A DNA stretch of 64,000 nt. Source: Balanoglossus misakiensis. Taxonomy: Eukaryota > Animalia > Hemichordata. Every line of letters starts with the position of its first letter. Position 1 is the stretch's first letter. The notes below the pieces were generated by a model. It searched no databases. It was not told the origin of the DNA and was given only the letters and a program-made list of their open reading frames with translations. Shown in pieces: positions 23,001 to 35,400 of the stretch. The stretch is from positions 62,001-126,000 of the forward strand of contig CM082586.2 of assembly GCA_040954595.2 (NCBI GenBank). The letters are read 5' to 3'. The translations under genes were made by a program, and so were the position numbers.

Positions 23001-23848
23001 GTACAGGTCCTCGGCAGCCAAGAGAGCAGCGCCCGGCCGCCCGCGTACGTGCAGCCCGTAGTCTCTAAGAGATGTGCTGGAAAAATGCATTATAAACTGC
23101 TAACCGACCGACCTGAGCGTTGCGCTCACACAAATACCAAGAAAACCTCGGAATTACAATCCGTAGCCTCTCAAAGGTTACAGAAAAATTATCAATACTC
23201 TCATGAGTCACGGTGTATCCCACAATTAAACATAACGCGCAGCCCCCCCCCCCTCAGAAAACGCCCAAAAAAACACAGATGATCGCTATAAAATTTGAAA
23301 GCAGGTGTGAATTTTGACATGAGACAACGCGACGCGAACGTACAGGTCCTCGGCAGCCAAGAGAGCAGCGCCCGGCCGCCCGCGTACGTGCAGCCCGTAG
23401 TCTCTAAGAGATGTGCTGGAAAAATGCAGTACATGTATAAACTGCTAACCGACCGACCTGAGCGTTGCGCTCACACAAATACCAAGAAAAACCTCGGAAT
23501 TACGATCCGTAGACAACTAAACCTCTCAGAGGTTACAGAAAAAGTGTTCCCACAAACGTGGAGAAAGGTTCGAACGAAAACATAAGAAAGATAGAGGTAA
23601 AGTACGAATTCAGATCACTAAACTCGAGAGCACGATGCTCACAGTTCAACCGCCATGTCTCGTCTGCTTTTGGATGTCGAGGGGAGTCACCGTACATGCA
23701 ACAAGCCCACGTGATACAAGCTCCGGCCCCAATCGTGGAAAATTTAGTTTCTCCTGCTATGGGATGTCTCAGTCTGAGAATCAGGAAAAATTCGCATTTA
23801 TTGAGATACGAGTCTTGTGTGCGGCGTTGGCCTAGCAATTCCGTGACA
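17040..23848. mobile_element. Non-autonomous element with TGT...ACA termini and a putative 4-bp target-site duplication (ATAC), filled with tandem repeats; superfamily uncertain (Gypsy-LTR-derived or Ginger-like)
   Basis: Left end ATAC|TGTAACGGAAATT (17040); right end AATTCCGTGACA|ATAC (23848). 9 of the first 10 terminal bases are inverted-complementary. The array stops exactly at the right terminus. No transposase, RT or integrase ORF. Confidence 0.55.
17212..23848. repeat. Composite higher-order satellite-like array: ~340-bp unit A and ~530-bp unit B arranged B-A3-B-A2-B-A4-B-A3-B(truncated)
   Basis: A units (aattatcaatcctctcatgagtcacgg...) begin near 17860, 18204, 18544, 19411, 19748, 20627, 20966, 21305, 21642, 22508, 22846, 23188. 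A B-unit marker lies at 17364, 18916, 20131, 22013, 23558 (spacings 1552, 1215, 1882, 1545). Confidence 0.95.
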
Positions 23849-24754
23849 ATACTCTCAATACTTGACCAGCAATATGCCGACAGTTTGACTATAACGCACG
23901 TCCATTTCAAGAGGATTTGATAACAAAAGATACTAAAATGCAAGCAGGTAAACAACATAGGAAAGAAGCGGTCTGCATTGAAATATCCACTTAATAGTGA
24001 AAAGCTATTTAACAAATCTCATGAATTATTGCATAGAGTATATTTATTTGGAACAATCATCAAGTGCGTCAAATATCCAGACTGATCATCGTTGTCATGG
24101 CAAAAGAAACCGATTAAATCGGTGTGTTGTAACAGATGGTTGTGTTTTTACAGTCAATTTCCGCTTCAATTTTAAAGTTCAATGAATGCAATCTTTTCAT
24201 ATGAAGAACATGCCTGCCTTGTCAAGCGCAATATGTATTAAAGATACGTCATGTGGTGTACATAGATTCACAAATCATCGACTGTTCTATTGTCCGTTGT
24301 TCAAACACGTCAAAATAGCTGTTTGAATCAATAAAATATTCAGTCTCTTTGAGATGCAGCCGTTTGTGGTATGGTTAAGTTGCACACCAACCTCACTTTG
24401 TCCGGTGTACGTTCCTATTCGGCCAAACATTTTGTAAATCTAGACAAAATCGTGTATCCAAAACTTAAAGTAAAAACATGATCGGTGGTGGGTTGATGAA
24501 TACATTATATATATATGCATACATGGATCGGCGTATATGGGAAAATCTCCGTCAACGTGCAGGCATTTCCAGATGAAATCTTATCCACAAACTGCAACGA
24601 ATCTGGACAACTATTAAAACGTGATATGAATTCTAAAACCTGATTAATGTATAACTCTTGTAGCAAAGAAATAATGTGTGTTTTAACCGGAACTGAAGAA
24701 AAGTCGCCACTCCAACACGTAGTAACCTTTGCTGTTTACCCCCAGCGACCAGTA

Positions 24755-25408
24755 TCAAGTGTTCTTGTCGCGAGGCTTGCGTTTCTTCGTGGTCTTTTTT
24801 ATGACGCCATACAGGTCGTTAATGACTGACGCCGTTTCTCTGTCCGCTTTGGTGATTGTACAGAGATCCAAGGTGCGAATTTGAGGAAGAAATGTCAGTG
24901 CGTAAGCTCGGTATCGCTTCACTTGCTCCATGGGGTTGCCATGCAAAGAAACACTCTTCAAATTGGGCATGCCGGCCAGTTTGTCAATGTCGGATAAGTT
25001 TTCAATTTCGTTGCCGTGCAGATAGAGTATTTTCACATTAGGGTAGGTCAGAATTACGTCATCAATTGTGGATAAGGCGTTGAAGGAGAGATCAATCCAG
25101 TTTAAATCCTCTGGATTAGCGACGAGCTTGTTGATTACGTCTGCAAACCCATTCCAAGTCTCGATATGGTTATTATTCAGTTTCAAAGCTGTCGTGCAGA
25201 ACCGTCCTTCATCGTCCTTCTTTATTTTCTTACCGCCGCACTCACGTGGTTCGATGTCTTTCAGACTTAGAGTGAGGATCTGCCCGGGTGAACTTATGTT
25301 TCTGAAGGATAGGTCCAATGGAGGGGCCGAATAAACAGTTTCTTTGACGTCAAGCGACGCTTCGACCACAGGTTTTCTGTACCTTGTCGGGTGCCGTGCT
25401 GCGATCAT
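24755..25408 (-). CDS. LRRC51: Leucine-rich repeat-containing protein 51
   Basis: PPLDLSFR, LKLNNN, LNWIDLSFNAL, ILYLHGNEI, SLHGNPME..KRYR, ITKADRETA match human LRRC51 as recalled. The first ATG is at 25408 (the ORF track starts at a TTG). Single coding exon, 217 aa. Confidence 0.93.
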   Translation of the reverse strand: MIAARHPTRYRKPVVEASLDVKETVYSAPPLDLSFRNISSPGQILTLSLKDIEPRECGGKKIKKDDEGRFCTTALKLNNNHIETWNGFADVINKLVANPEDLNWIDLSFNALSTIDDVILTYPNVKILYLHGNEIENLSDIDKLAGMPNLKSVSLHGNPMEQVKRYRAYALTFLPQIRTLDLCTITKADRETASVINDLYGVIKKTTKKRKPRDKNT

Positions 25409-26372
25409 TGCTATGTATTGTGTGTACAACGTCAACTGACCTGTGTCCTAGCCGGGAGATACGCTCCGTTGCTTCGCTTGAACTGTGCTTTTACTTCTAG
25501 CGAAACGCGTATTGCCTCTTTCAACATGAAGCGGATTTGTGTCAATAGAATAAATCCGCTCGCAACGTGTAAAAGGATAGTCCTTATGAAGCGTTGCTAC
25601 AGAAATTGCCCCTAGCACAGTGTGGAGGGACTTTGTCCTGGGATATATATGGCCCACAACTGTTAGGTAAATGTTTCTGTTTTCAAAGTTCCGCTGAGAA
25701 GCTTGAAAGTGTTTATAACACGAAAGTACGATTGACTGACGCTGCAAATGACATGCAATCACCGCAAACACTCATAAAAACGGAACACCTGTCAACGGAG
25801 TTGATCGTAAACGAACAGAAACACGCAGCGAGGACAATGTGATGAATTGCAGGTAAAATTCACTTAACGACTGTCTGTGTTGACGCTGTATACGGTTGTG
25901 TTTTCCAGAATTTCAGGACTGTGGACGAGTACAAAGTATGTCTTGTTAGCAATTGAGTTGAATCACTTTTCGATGGCACCCAGCAACGAATTCAATTATG
26001 TTAGTTTTATAATCCAATGTGCTGTAATGTATTTACATGCTGTGGTTTGTCTTCCTGTAGTTAATATACGTCAATCGCTTTATGCATGTAGCCCCATACC
26101 TCAGAAAATGGTAGTTATCCCGTTGAGACCTTCCTTTCGATGGCTCTCTCCGGGTCAAAACAGTGTCGACTCACTTTGCGGTACTAGGTCGGGCGGAATG
26201 CGGTCGACACAAACTGTACACCGTCCGTCACAGTTGAAGTAAAGTGTGCGTTTCCAGCTTGTATAAGACGAGTGGCTGCACAAGCAACGTGAACCACGGT
26301 GAAAACGCTACGATGCCACGCCTGTAATAGATTGTGGTCGCAAACTGCCGGTAATGGAGCGAATGTTTTAGC

Positions 26373-26387
26373 GTTTCCCGGGGCAAC
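26373..26387. promoter_or_regulatory. RFX X-box-like motif upstream of LRRC51
   Basis: GTTTCCCGGGGCAAC about 1 kb 5' of the LRRC51 ATG on the minus strand. Confidence 0.4.
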
Positions 26388-29300
26388 AAGGATACCCAGT
26401 AGTCTATTATAATAAATTAGAACAAGCGTAACTTAACAAACACAACAATGGGAGTTTATGTTTGCAGGTTGATATTTGGTTCCACGACTGGCTATTAATT
26501 TCTCGGTGGATTTTACAGAGCGTCGGATCACGACGTTTCGAATGCGCAGCTGTTATCGAACTTTGCACTCCACACATCGCCATTTATCGCGGCCGGATCA
26601 CGTGGCGCATCTCGCTTATATTTCGACGTTATAATTACACCGGGTAATTAAATCGGGCATAGCAACATGTGGTCACGACTCGTCCTCGAATATCCTGGTC
26701 CATTTTCTTTACTCGTGAAGTTGCAGTTTTCGCCATGTCGTTAGTTTGTTGCCCTTATGGCATGATTTGTGTTGATAAATCCATTAACATTTCTGATATA
26801 ATCAGTTCACCTTTTTTGAAATGTCATCAAGCATACAAAGGCAGGGATTGATAGACTGCAGTCATTAGGCGGCCTTTTAGAAAAAATCGATAAGTTCGGA
26901 GGTCACACGAAGCGAACTGAGATATTACTTCATGGGTCAAATATTACGAGTTATGTTTAGAGTTACTAAAATCACCTAGATTTTGGAGACAAAATCTAGC
27001 AGCAATTGCAGTGTAATTGCAGTTGTATTAAATTCAGGGACTATTATAAAGCTCTGTGGTCACTGATATGGATACAGAAAAGCATAGGCTTGATCGTCGC
27101 GATAATGGTATTTCTATTAACTTTAAGAGTTGCGAGAACAGATTTATCACGTTTTGCGAAAGCTTGTTATTATGTGTAGCTGTCCTGTGGAATGTTAAAT
27201 AAAATGCCGTTTTACTTCCTGAGATCCTGGAATGTGAACGTTGATACAGGCGAGTGACAAAGCACAGACTCGTTTAATTTATTTCTCAAGAAAATCAACA
27301 TTACTTTTTAAATTAACAAGTGTGGCGGCATTTTTATCGTGGAATATTAGTATATTACATAGTTTGTTTAGTATCCGGCATAAATTTGTTGACTGTGATC
27401 GCAGTTTTATATTTAAAAAATCTCACCAAACGTTTATCGTGACATCTGACTGAAGTGCTTTTGAAATTAATATTGAAATAGCCACGATCCTCAGTGTCAC
27501 GTGACCGCCATGGTTATTTGCTTATTCACTCTATCGGGAAATAGTGAGTGGCGAATAAAGGGTTGTATTTTAGTGTCTGCTCTTTAACCAGGGGTTCCCC
27601 ATGTTACTTCAGATCTGTGTCTGTGTCTACATGTCCGGAGACACTCTTTGACCACGAGATGTTTTGTAAGTAACATTCATCACTGTAGCCCTGCGATCAC
27701 TACATTGTTCAAGTTTATATCTGTGTATACCGTTCAGCAGATTATTATAAGGCAGTTCCATTCCTAACTCCTTCGACCTGATTAATTTTTCCTCGTTCAA
27801 TGGTAAAAAATATCCAAAGGTATTTCATTTCCTGTTGCAGTATGTCGTAAACTCAGTGTGATGCTGTTGCCATCAATAACCCTTTTCACAAATGAGTGGG
27901 AGATGCGTAGAATCTAGGTCAAACTTTGTTGAGATATATACTTGTAGATTCTAATATTTCATACGATGATCCCTGAGCCGAAGTGCAACGTAAAAAGACC
28001 TAGCAACGGGCCTCGTACATCACCAAAAATAAAAATGATTCAATTTTGGATTTAGTTTTAGTCATGGTCCCTGTGTGGACGGCCGAGTTGGAATAATGGA
28101 TATTTCACTAAGTCTATCAAATGTTTTGGTGGAATATGGGGCAGAAATGAATTCTTAGTATTGATGTGGGTTCATTTTCTTGATTGCAAAATATTAAGAA
28201 TCTGTCAGTGTCTCTAATCCAAATTATTACACTGATTTTGCTCCTGTGACACCAGAGAGCTTTCAAGACCGTGTCAATAACAAGCCATATGCCTGTAGGC
28301 AAATTGGGAACAAAACCTGAAGACAACTGAAACAATCACGTTGAACAATGTAAACTGGGTTGACTTTAAATTGAGCTTCCATCTCACTAACGTTTCAAGC
28401 ACCTTAATTTTACAAAGCTCATTAATTTCGCGGATTGTTGAGAGTAAACAGTCATGTAAGTGTTTGGAAATCAGTAGCACTGATTGCCACAATGCAGTTC
28501 TCACCCCACGCAGCGCGACTAACTATTTGTCAGCGGAGCAGATGAAATGTACATGCTCACAACTTAAAAGAAATCTAAACTTTCACTCACATGACCGTGT
28601 TAGGAGTTGCTTTTCAGTGTGCCACGAAATCATATGATTAACACGACAGCCAATTTGCATGTCTGTCAGATAAAAGCCTAACAAGACTTTTCAGGTCTGG
28701 TGTTAATAGCAACAGATAACAGTTGTTTTATCTGTCATGGTACAGTTACAATTGACCAGTATATGTAGACACTTTATACGTGATTGATTCCATGTGATAG
28801 TACTATGAAATTTTCGTTGGTATGGTGGCAACACGTTAAAAAGTAGATACAGAAGTCAGCTGGCTTAGTTTTTGCGTCCAACAAATGCAAATTTCACAGC
28901 AAATACAGAAACTCTTGACATGAAAACTTAACGCATAAAAAGGGTCCAATAGAAGAAATTATATCCTTTGTACTGAATACATTTACTGACTAACAAGCCA
29001 GGACAGATGTAACGAGTGCCCGAATTGGTTGATAATTACGCAAATCCCTACTAATATCCAATAAGAGACTGTTTTAAGCGAAGCAGTATTATCCAGTTGT
29101 CATTAAAACTTTGGAGCTAAGTTTATTTTGTGTGCCAAGATAGTTTTACTACCCATTATGTCCGTTGAAAAGAACTTAAGACGTCATCGACCATATTATT
29201 TTTCCCAAAGACAATGTGTTCCAAGGTACACAATAGAGCAAGCTGTTTAAATTACGAGCCAGACTGTCGTTTTCTTCATGCAAATTACCATAGGTTTTGA

Positions 29301-29417
29301 AAACGGTCTTATTAGGGGTGCGCAAGGCTTCTCACCTTACTTTCAACGTATTCAATAAAGATACTATGTTACAGTAGTCGATCCTGTGATTTTGGAGCGC
29401 AAACTTCAGAATACATC

Positions 29418-32400
29418 ATGGCGGAGGTGTTGACGATGGCGCAACACGGTAAGAACAGATTTTATTTCGCGTTTTGCCAAATTCTTTCGCTTGATTTAAT
29501 CGATTGAGTGATTCTTTGATTTGTGATCTCAGCCAAGGTGTTTTAATTCACTTAAAACAAAGACTTGAAAACGGGATTAAGATTCATCCTATGATACCCG
29601 ATGTACCTGTTAATGCAAGTTACTCTGTGAAAGTCCAAATCAGATTATTTCTATTTCGTCGTTTAAACAAGAGACTAGCCACTTCGTCAGTTAATTCCGA
29701 CTGTCTCATTGTTCCTGTGTGATTGTGAAAAACGCGCTAGTTGTTACAGACGAATGGATCGATTGTATCTATGGTAACTGAGAATATGTGCGTTACATTA
29801 AAGGGCAATAGATGTCGGGACACGAGAAGTCAGTAGAGCCTCGATGTAATTAACTTCCTTTAGGCTTGCTGGTTTTATAAATCAGACAAACATGTGTTGA
29901 TCAAGAAAAAATCGATCGAGTATAATCTATAGTGCTACCTCTCCTGTGATGAATTAATCCACAAACGTATACCACGTTCATCTGTAAACTAGGGATCTTT
30001 GCGAACTTATTTAAAACTAAAAGTGTATAACGGGAAAGGAAAGATTAAACTTCATGTGGAGAGGGGCACATTGTAGCCCGGCCACAACAGCGGAATAAAC
30101 ATGATTAATAAAATTAAACATTGAGGGAAATGTACCGTTAAGTACACATTCATGCATATGTAACCGCTGTATGACTGAACAAAACACTTGAATTTGTCAT
30201 GATTTTAAAAAAGCGTCTGAAAAACATGTGGTGTGTTCCACAGCTTTTGGTAATCCAGACCTGCTTACAGGTGCAATTTGATCATGCTGGCTAGAAGCCA
30301 AGTTGTGTTGTTGTTGTTAAGGTATACTGTGACAAGAGATCAATGTTGTCACCTTTGTGCAGGTTTAAACTCTGTGGAGATACTTTTGATTAACTTTGAC
30401 CGTCAAAGTCAACGCCAACAACTTAAACACGGTGGTAGTTTTTGACTTTAAGTGATGGAGTTTGCAGTAAAGCAGTATCTAGTCATCTAACACATCGGTT
30501 TCATGCGTGTGTTTGTTTTCTCTCCTAATTACGTTTATCTGGAACAGAGTCCCTCAAGAAAGACCGTGGGAAAATCTTCAGTCTGTTTCGATTTGGTTGT
30601 CAACGCAGATTAGTATTTTTTAAAGGAAACACTTGACCAAACTACTTTTAAAATTCCGTAATTACTGTTAAAACCTGACACCTTTTAACCACACAGCTGC
30701 ATTTAGTTTCGAACGGACAGTCGAACAAATGCAGAGTTGAGAAAACATCCTAAATATTTAATGTGAAAGGTACACAAATATGGTGTTTAATTCCGGTGTA
30801 TTTATCGGCGTCCATTTTGCACTACAAGCAGCCATTATTGTTATTATGTGCTGGTACATCGCAAGCTGTGTTATGCGTTGCCTAGGGCTACGAGTGCATT
30901 CAGTGCGTTTACACGTCTCATTCCATACATCATTGCTGTTTTCATGATTAGAAGATATGACGTTTTATATGGATGGGCGACTTACATGTAATGTAACTTT
31001 TTGTATTTCTGTTTCTCTGGCATATCTAGTGTCTATAATTCTACCGGGGGAGCGCAGTAAGCAATTGGTGTATGCATTGTATCGCATCGCCAAGGTTCTA
31101 TATTTGTGTTTCCGTTTAGTGGAAACCTGTTGAACTGAACCCTGAGTGACCTGTACTATGCGGTCTTTGCAGTCTTTTATAAAGTTTACATTGTACGTAG
31201 GCATGGAGTTGTTAAATATTTGATTTCATACGTCATCATAGCACGTGGGATTTTGCGATACGCTGCATGCATTTTGACGGCTAAGCAATTTACGGTTTAC
31301 ACGTTGTTTGTTTTCAACTGATCATATAAATGACTACTGTAGTACAAGACGGTTGTTACCACGCTCGATTAAAGTCATTGTAATAACACGTCAGCTATGC
31401 TGATAGATGTATGTGACAATATTTGTATAGTTTCTAGACTTAACTCCTGCATAATTTGGTGCATTATATATTTTGTTATCATACAGTTGTAGTCATGAAT
31501 GAGACTTAGATGTGTGGAAAGTTTGCTGAAGTTAGAAAGATATCGTTCTTCATGTAATCTTGTACATGGATGTGTAAAGCGAATGTGTAAGGTCAAGAAG
31601 CAAAGCCTATGTCATAATTAAATTAATCGGTAACATTGGAGTTAATGTTATTACAGAAAAACATCAGAAAGATGAAGAAACGTTCTCTCTTAAACATAAA
31701 TGGTACTAAGTAGTCCAAGGTCTATCATTTTTTCAGATTTTTTTACTTTGTGTACATGAATATTTGATGTTGTTTGACTACTCGTTTCAGTCGAATTTGA
31801 CGCCGTACTTCGAAGAGTTGCATCTGAATTAAAACGAAGAGAATGGGCGTATCTGGCCGGTATACTTGGACTTCAGGAATACAATGTGGGAGACATTATC
31901 AAACTCTATCCGGGAAATTTCTCGAGACAGAAATACGAGATGCTGTTGCTGTGGAAACAAATATATGGAGAAAGTGCCAACGTTGAAACTCTTGCTAGTG
32001 CCTTAGACAAGATGGCTGAAGAAATCAAAATGGGTTGTTTCGACACAGAAGAAGAAAAAATCAGAAAATTACAACAACAGAGGTTGGGTAAGCTTAATAA
32101 AGACACCTAAAATAGGCCACGATTCATTTCAAATTCTTTATTTGTCGAAAACTCACACGCAGACAAGATGTTGGAATCCTAAAGAAACATTATGAACTCC
32201 GGGAGGTGGAAACTCACGCAAATTCGTAATTTAATAACGCATTATTGAAATTAGTGTTGCGACCCAGTAACTTACACCGACATTTTCACATACATATTCA
32301 GCACACTTGTCGTTTTACAGTATGGATGAGTGCTCCAAAATGAAAGTGCTAGTACCGTGTACCCTAGCTAGGGTACAAGTGACTCGTGCAGTGTTTTTTT

Positions 32401-35400
32401 TTCTTGTCGCCGCGTTACAGAGCAGGCAAATAGTATCCAATTTCTGTCGTAGGAGTTAAATATATCATCTTGCAATGTGCGCACTCACATATATACACGT
32501 ACACACGCCTGTTCTTTGTGAAAGGGTGTAGACGGATCGATAAAGTAATTGTTTTAACAGTCTTGAATATAGCTATTACTAACAAGTGGTGGAACGCCGT
32601 GTCTGATTCGACAAAGTTTTGAGTGGACGCAGTCAATAAAGGGTATTGGTGCTCTCACTTTTCCAGACTTAGCCTAGGCAACTAATTTTGGATACTTGAT
32701 AGGAATGCTCAAAGCAACTTAATCCCAAATAGTAATTAATCAGTTTAATTTCAATAAGATATGATTCCGAATCAAGATGAGAAGCACCGCCAAATTTACT
32801 TTTATCACATTTACATAGGTTTGATGACCAGTCTGAAACCACGGAGAACTTTACAAGATGTTTGGGATCCGTTGTCTAGTTCTGTGAATGTCAAAGGAAC
32901 TGCCGTCAGAATGCAAATTAGACAACACACGTTCAATAAACGTAAGTAAAATCCAGCGGTCTTTTTACTTATGTGTTGTTGGAGTCTCCTTGCACGCTTT
33001 TCATCATTAAAAACGCTATGAAATAATAGCGACATGCAGCGGACATCAAAAATCAACAACAACCATCTAATACAATATGTTTTTGTTCTGCCAACTTTAT
33101 ATCCCGTTTCAGCTCCAGTGACGTCAGCCTCGCCAAGGAGACCGCGAACCGTCAAACCATTGCGCAGGAGAGTAAATCGGTGGCACCGGGCTATGACTGG
33201 AAAGCCAATGAGAACAGGTTAGACGTAATCTATTTATATGCTAATTTTGTAAGTCTCGCCTGAAAAATCAGCCTTGAGTTTTAAATTACATACAATATTG
33301 CTTCAGGGTCTGGCCTTATAACTTACTGCGATCGTATTCCAATTTCCAATCTAGCGTCGCCGAATTTTTTTAGAATAATGTTACCATCAGATAACCTGGA
33401 AAATAGAATGCAATGAAGATTTGGTCAGATCGCCTTGTAGCTTTAAAAAACCAGCCTGTGTCTTGACTCTTAAATGATTGGTCTTTCTTTCCTTCGGCCT
33501 CTCCATTTACAAGAAATTTACAGAAGGCCATTGTCTGCTGACGTGGTATTAGATTACAGAAGAGGTATTGCGTTCTAGTTGTATTCAGCACAGCCGCATT
33601 GTTTAACTATGCAGTGTTAATTAACCCGACTAAAAATAGAAGTCAGAGCACTTGAGAAAAAAATGACGTTCAGTCCCATTTACATGCACCTGTGTTCTAT
33701 GAATATACACAATGATGTTGACCCCAATTACAAGTGAGTAGAGTTCTTTACGGACAAGGGCAGAATCACTGCAATGAATCTGATTCAAAACGAAAGTTCT
33801 GTCTTAAATATAAATAAAAAGAAATCCTATTCTTTCTGTTTCATTTGAGAGCATTGTTTTCTTTCTGGAAACAACCACGCAGAAATAATATCTCCAATAT
33901 GATTCAGCGTATGATAAGACCATGAGAAAATTTGTAATCTGACTTAGAGGCATCGAGATTCTGATCCCCCGCGGCCTTGCAAAGAATATGGAATAGAATA
34001 GAAGTAAATGGACGGATTGACTTTATTGTGTTTTTGAAAGTTTCTCCTTGAAGCAAAGCTACATTTTGGAACTTGGGAGAAATAACAAATCTTTTTTTCT
34101 GTTCCTGAAGAACCAAAGAATTTGCCAGGTTGTAAAGCGGGTTTAAAGATTTGCCAAATCCGTGACTTCAAGCTGTCATACTTTAGTGTGACAAAATACC
34201 CTGTTAGGAATTAGTGGTGTGTGCTTTGTTGAGACACTTGTAAAGTCACTATTGATCGGTACAGTGTGAAAGGTCAATGACCTCTCATAAAGACTGCAGT
34301 AACAAGATTTCATGTGGAAAATTGATTTGGCCATGAAACTCTAACGAGTATGCTAACCCTTACGTCATATCTGAAGAGTTTAACGTCGAGCGGAACGACA
34401 GTACGAGGATATTTCACTTGGGAACTTGAGAAGGCAACGTCCCAGCGTTAAGTTGCTGCCTAGCACTTGTTGTGTGTTCTTTTGTGGGCAGTTGGTATTT
34501 TACGTATTTATTTGCTATAATCACAGTCTAGTGGCGGTGCCTATCGATCACCATGTTTATAGACGTGAATGCACGTGATATGCACATGTTTTGATGTTAA
34601 CTCATGCTTATCCCGTGTAGGAACTTGAAGGGGATCAATGGTTTAATATCCTAACCAGTACGTGTGGGTGTTTCGGTGTTTTCATCCCAGACACTTTATT
34701 AAGTACAACTTCATGAGCAGAGTTGGGAAATGTTAAATCTGGTAACAGCATGTCCTGTAAACTAATCCAATCAGAAATGAATCTATATAATTATCATGAT
34801 TGTTAGATTATGACATCATAAAAACAGTATCTCTGAAATTCGTCAGTGCCTTATTTTTTTCCAAAATTAGATGCTGACATAATTTTGCCTTTGCCATCAT
34901 AGGTTCCCTAGGAATAACTATCGACGTTGTCAACGCTGTTCCTGCGGAGCCAATCACATTGCGGAGCAGAGACCAACATTTACAAAGAGACCAGGAAACT
35001 GAAGAAAATGAAAGACAACAGTACGTTGACGGAGAGGGCACCTTGGTCGACAAACTACATGCGTCGGCGCATGAGCAGAGCCCGCCAGCCACTGAACCTG
35101 AGAGTGGACTGTGCATTGACGAAATTCAATCAGAAAGCGGTGGACATCCCTCAGAAACAGAATTAGCTAGATCGGGAGACATTCGCAGTGTAGCATGTCA
35201 AACAGATTTCCCGTATGACGACGACGATGAATCGCAATTTACAAATCTTATCAACGATAGGTGTTCAAGTTCGACTTCATTGGCCAGAAGCGTTAGTATT
35301 AAACTCGACGAAAACAAATCGCGACCTGCGAGTTCGTTCAATTATGACAGACATTCTTACTCTGAGACAGATTCCCTCGATCCGTTCTCTCGACTGCTGG

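Noticed and set aside
17040-23848. Retrozyme or self-cleaving ribozyme satellite (unit size and 4-bp TSD fit)
   Set aside because: No CUGANGA...GAAA hammerhead core was found by eye on either strand (only CAGATGA), and GTTACAAGTCC at 17174 lacks the other twister elements. An Infernal search would be needed to exclude variants.
17212-23848. CRISPR-like array or rDNA/5S/histone repeat
   Set aside because: Eukaryotic context, units of 340-530 bp with no unique spacers, and no recognisable rRNA, snRNA or histone sequence.
17364-23920. Recurrent 119-aa (MEKGLNEN...) and MIATNWTAG... ORFs in the array
   Set aside because: They recur only because the DNA units are near-identical. The 119-aa ORF starts at GTG and is disrupted in the 63-kb copy, A-unit frames shift with poly-C length, and no domain is recognisable.
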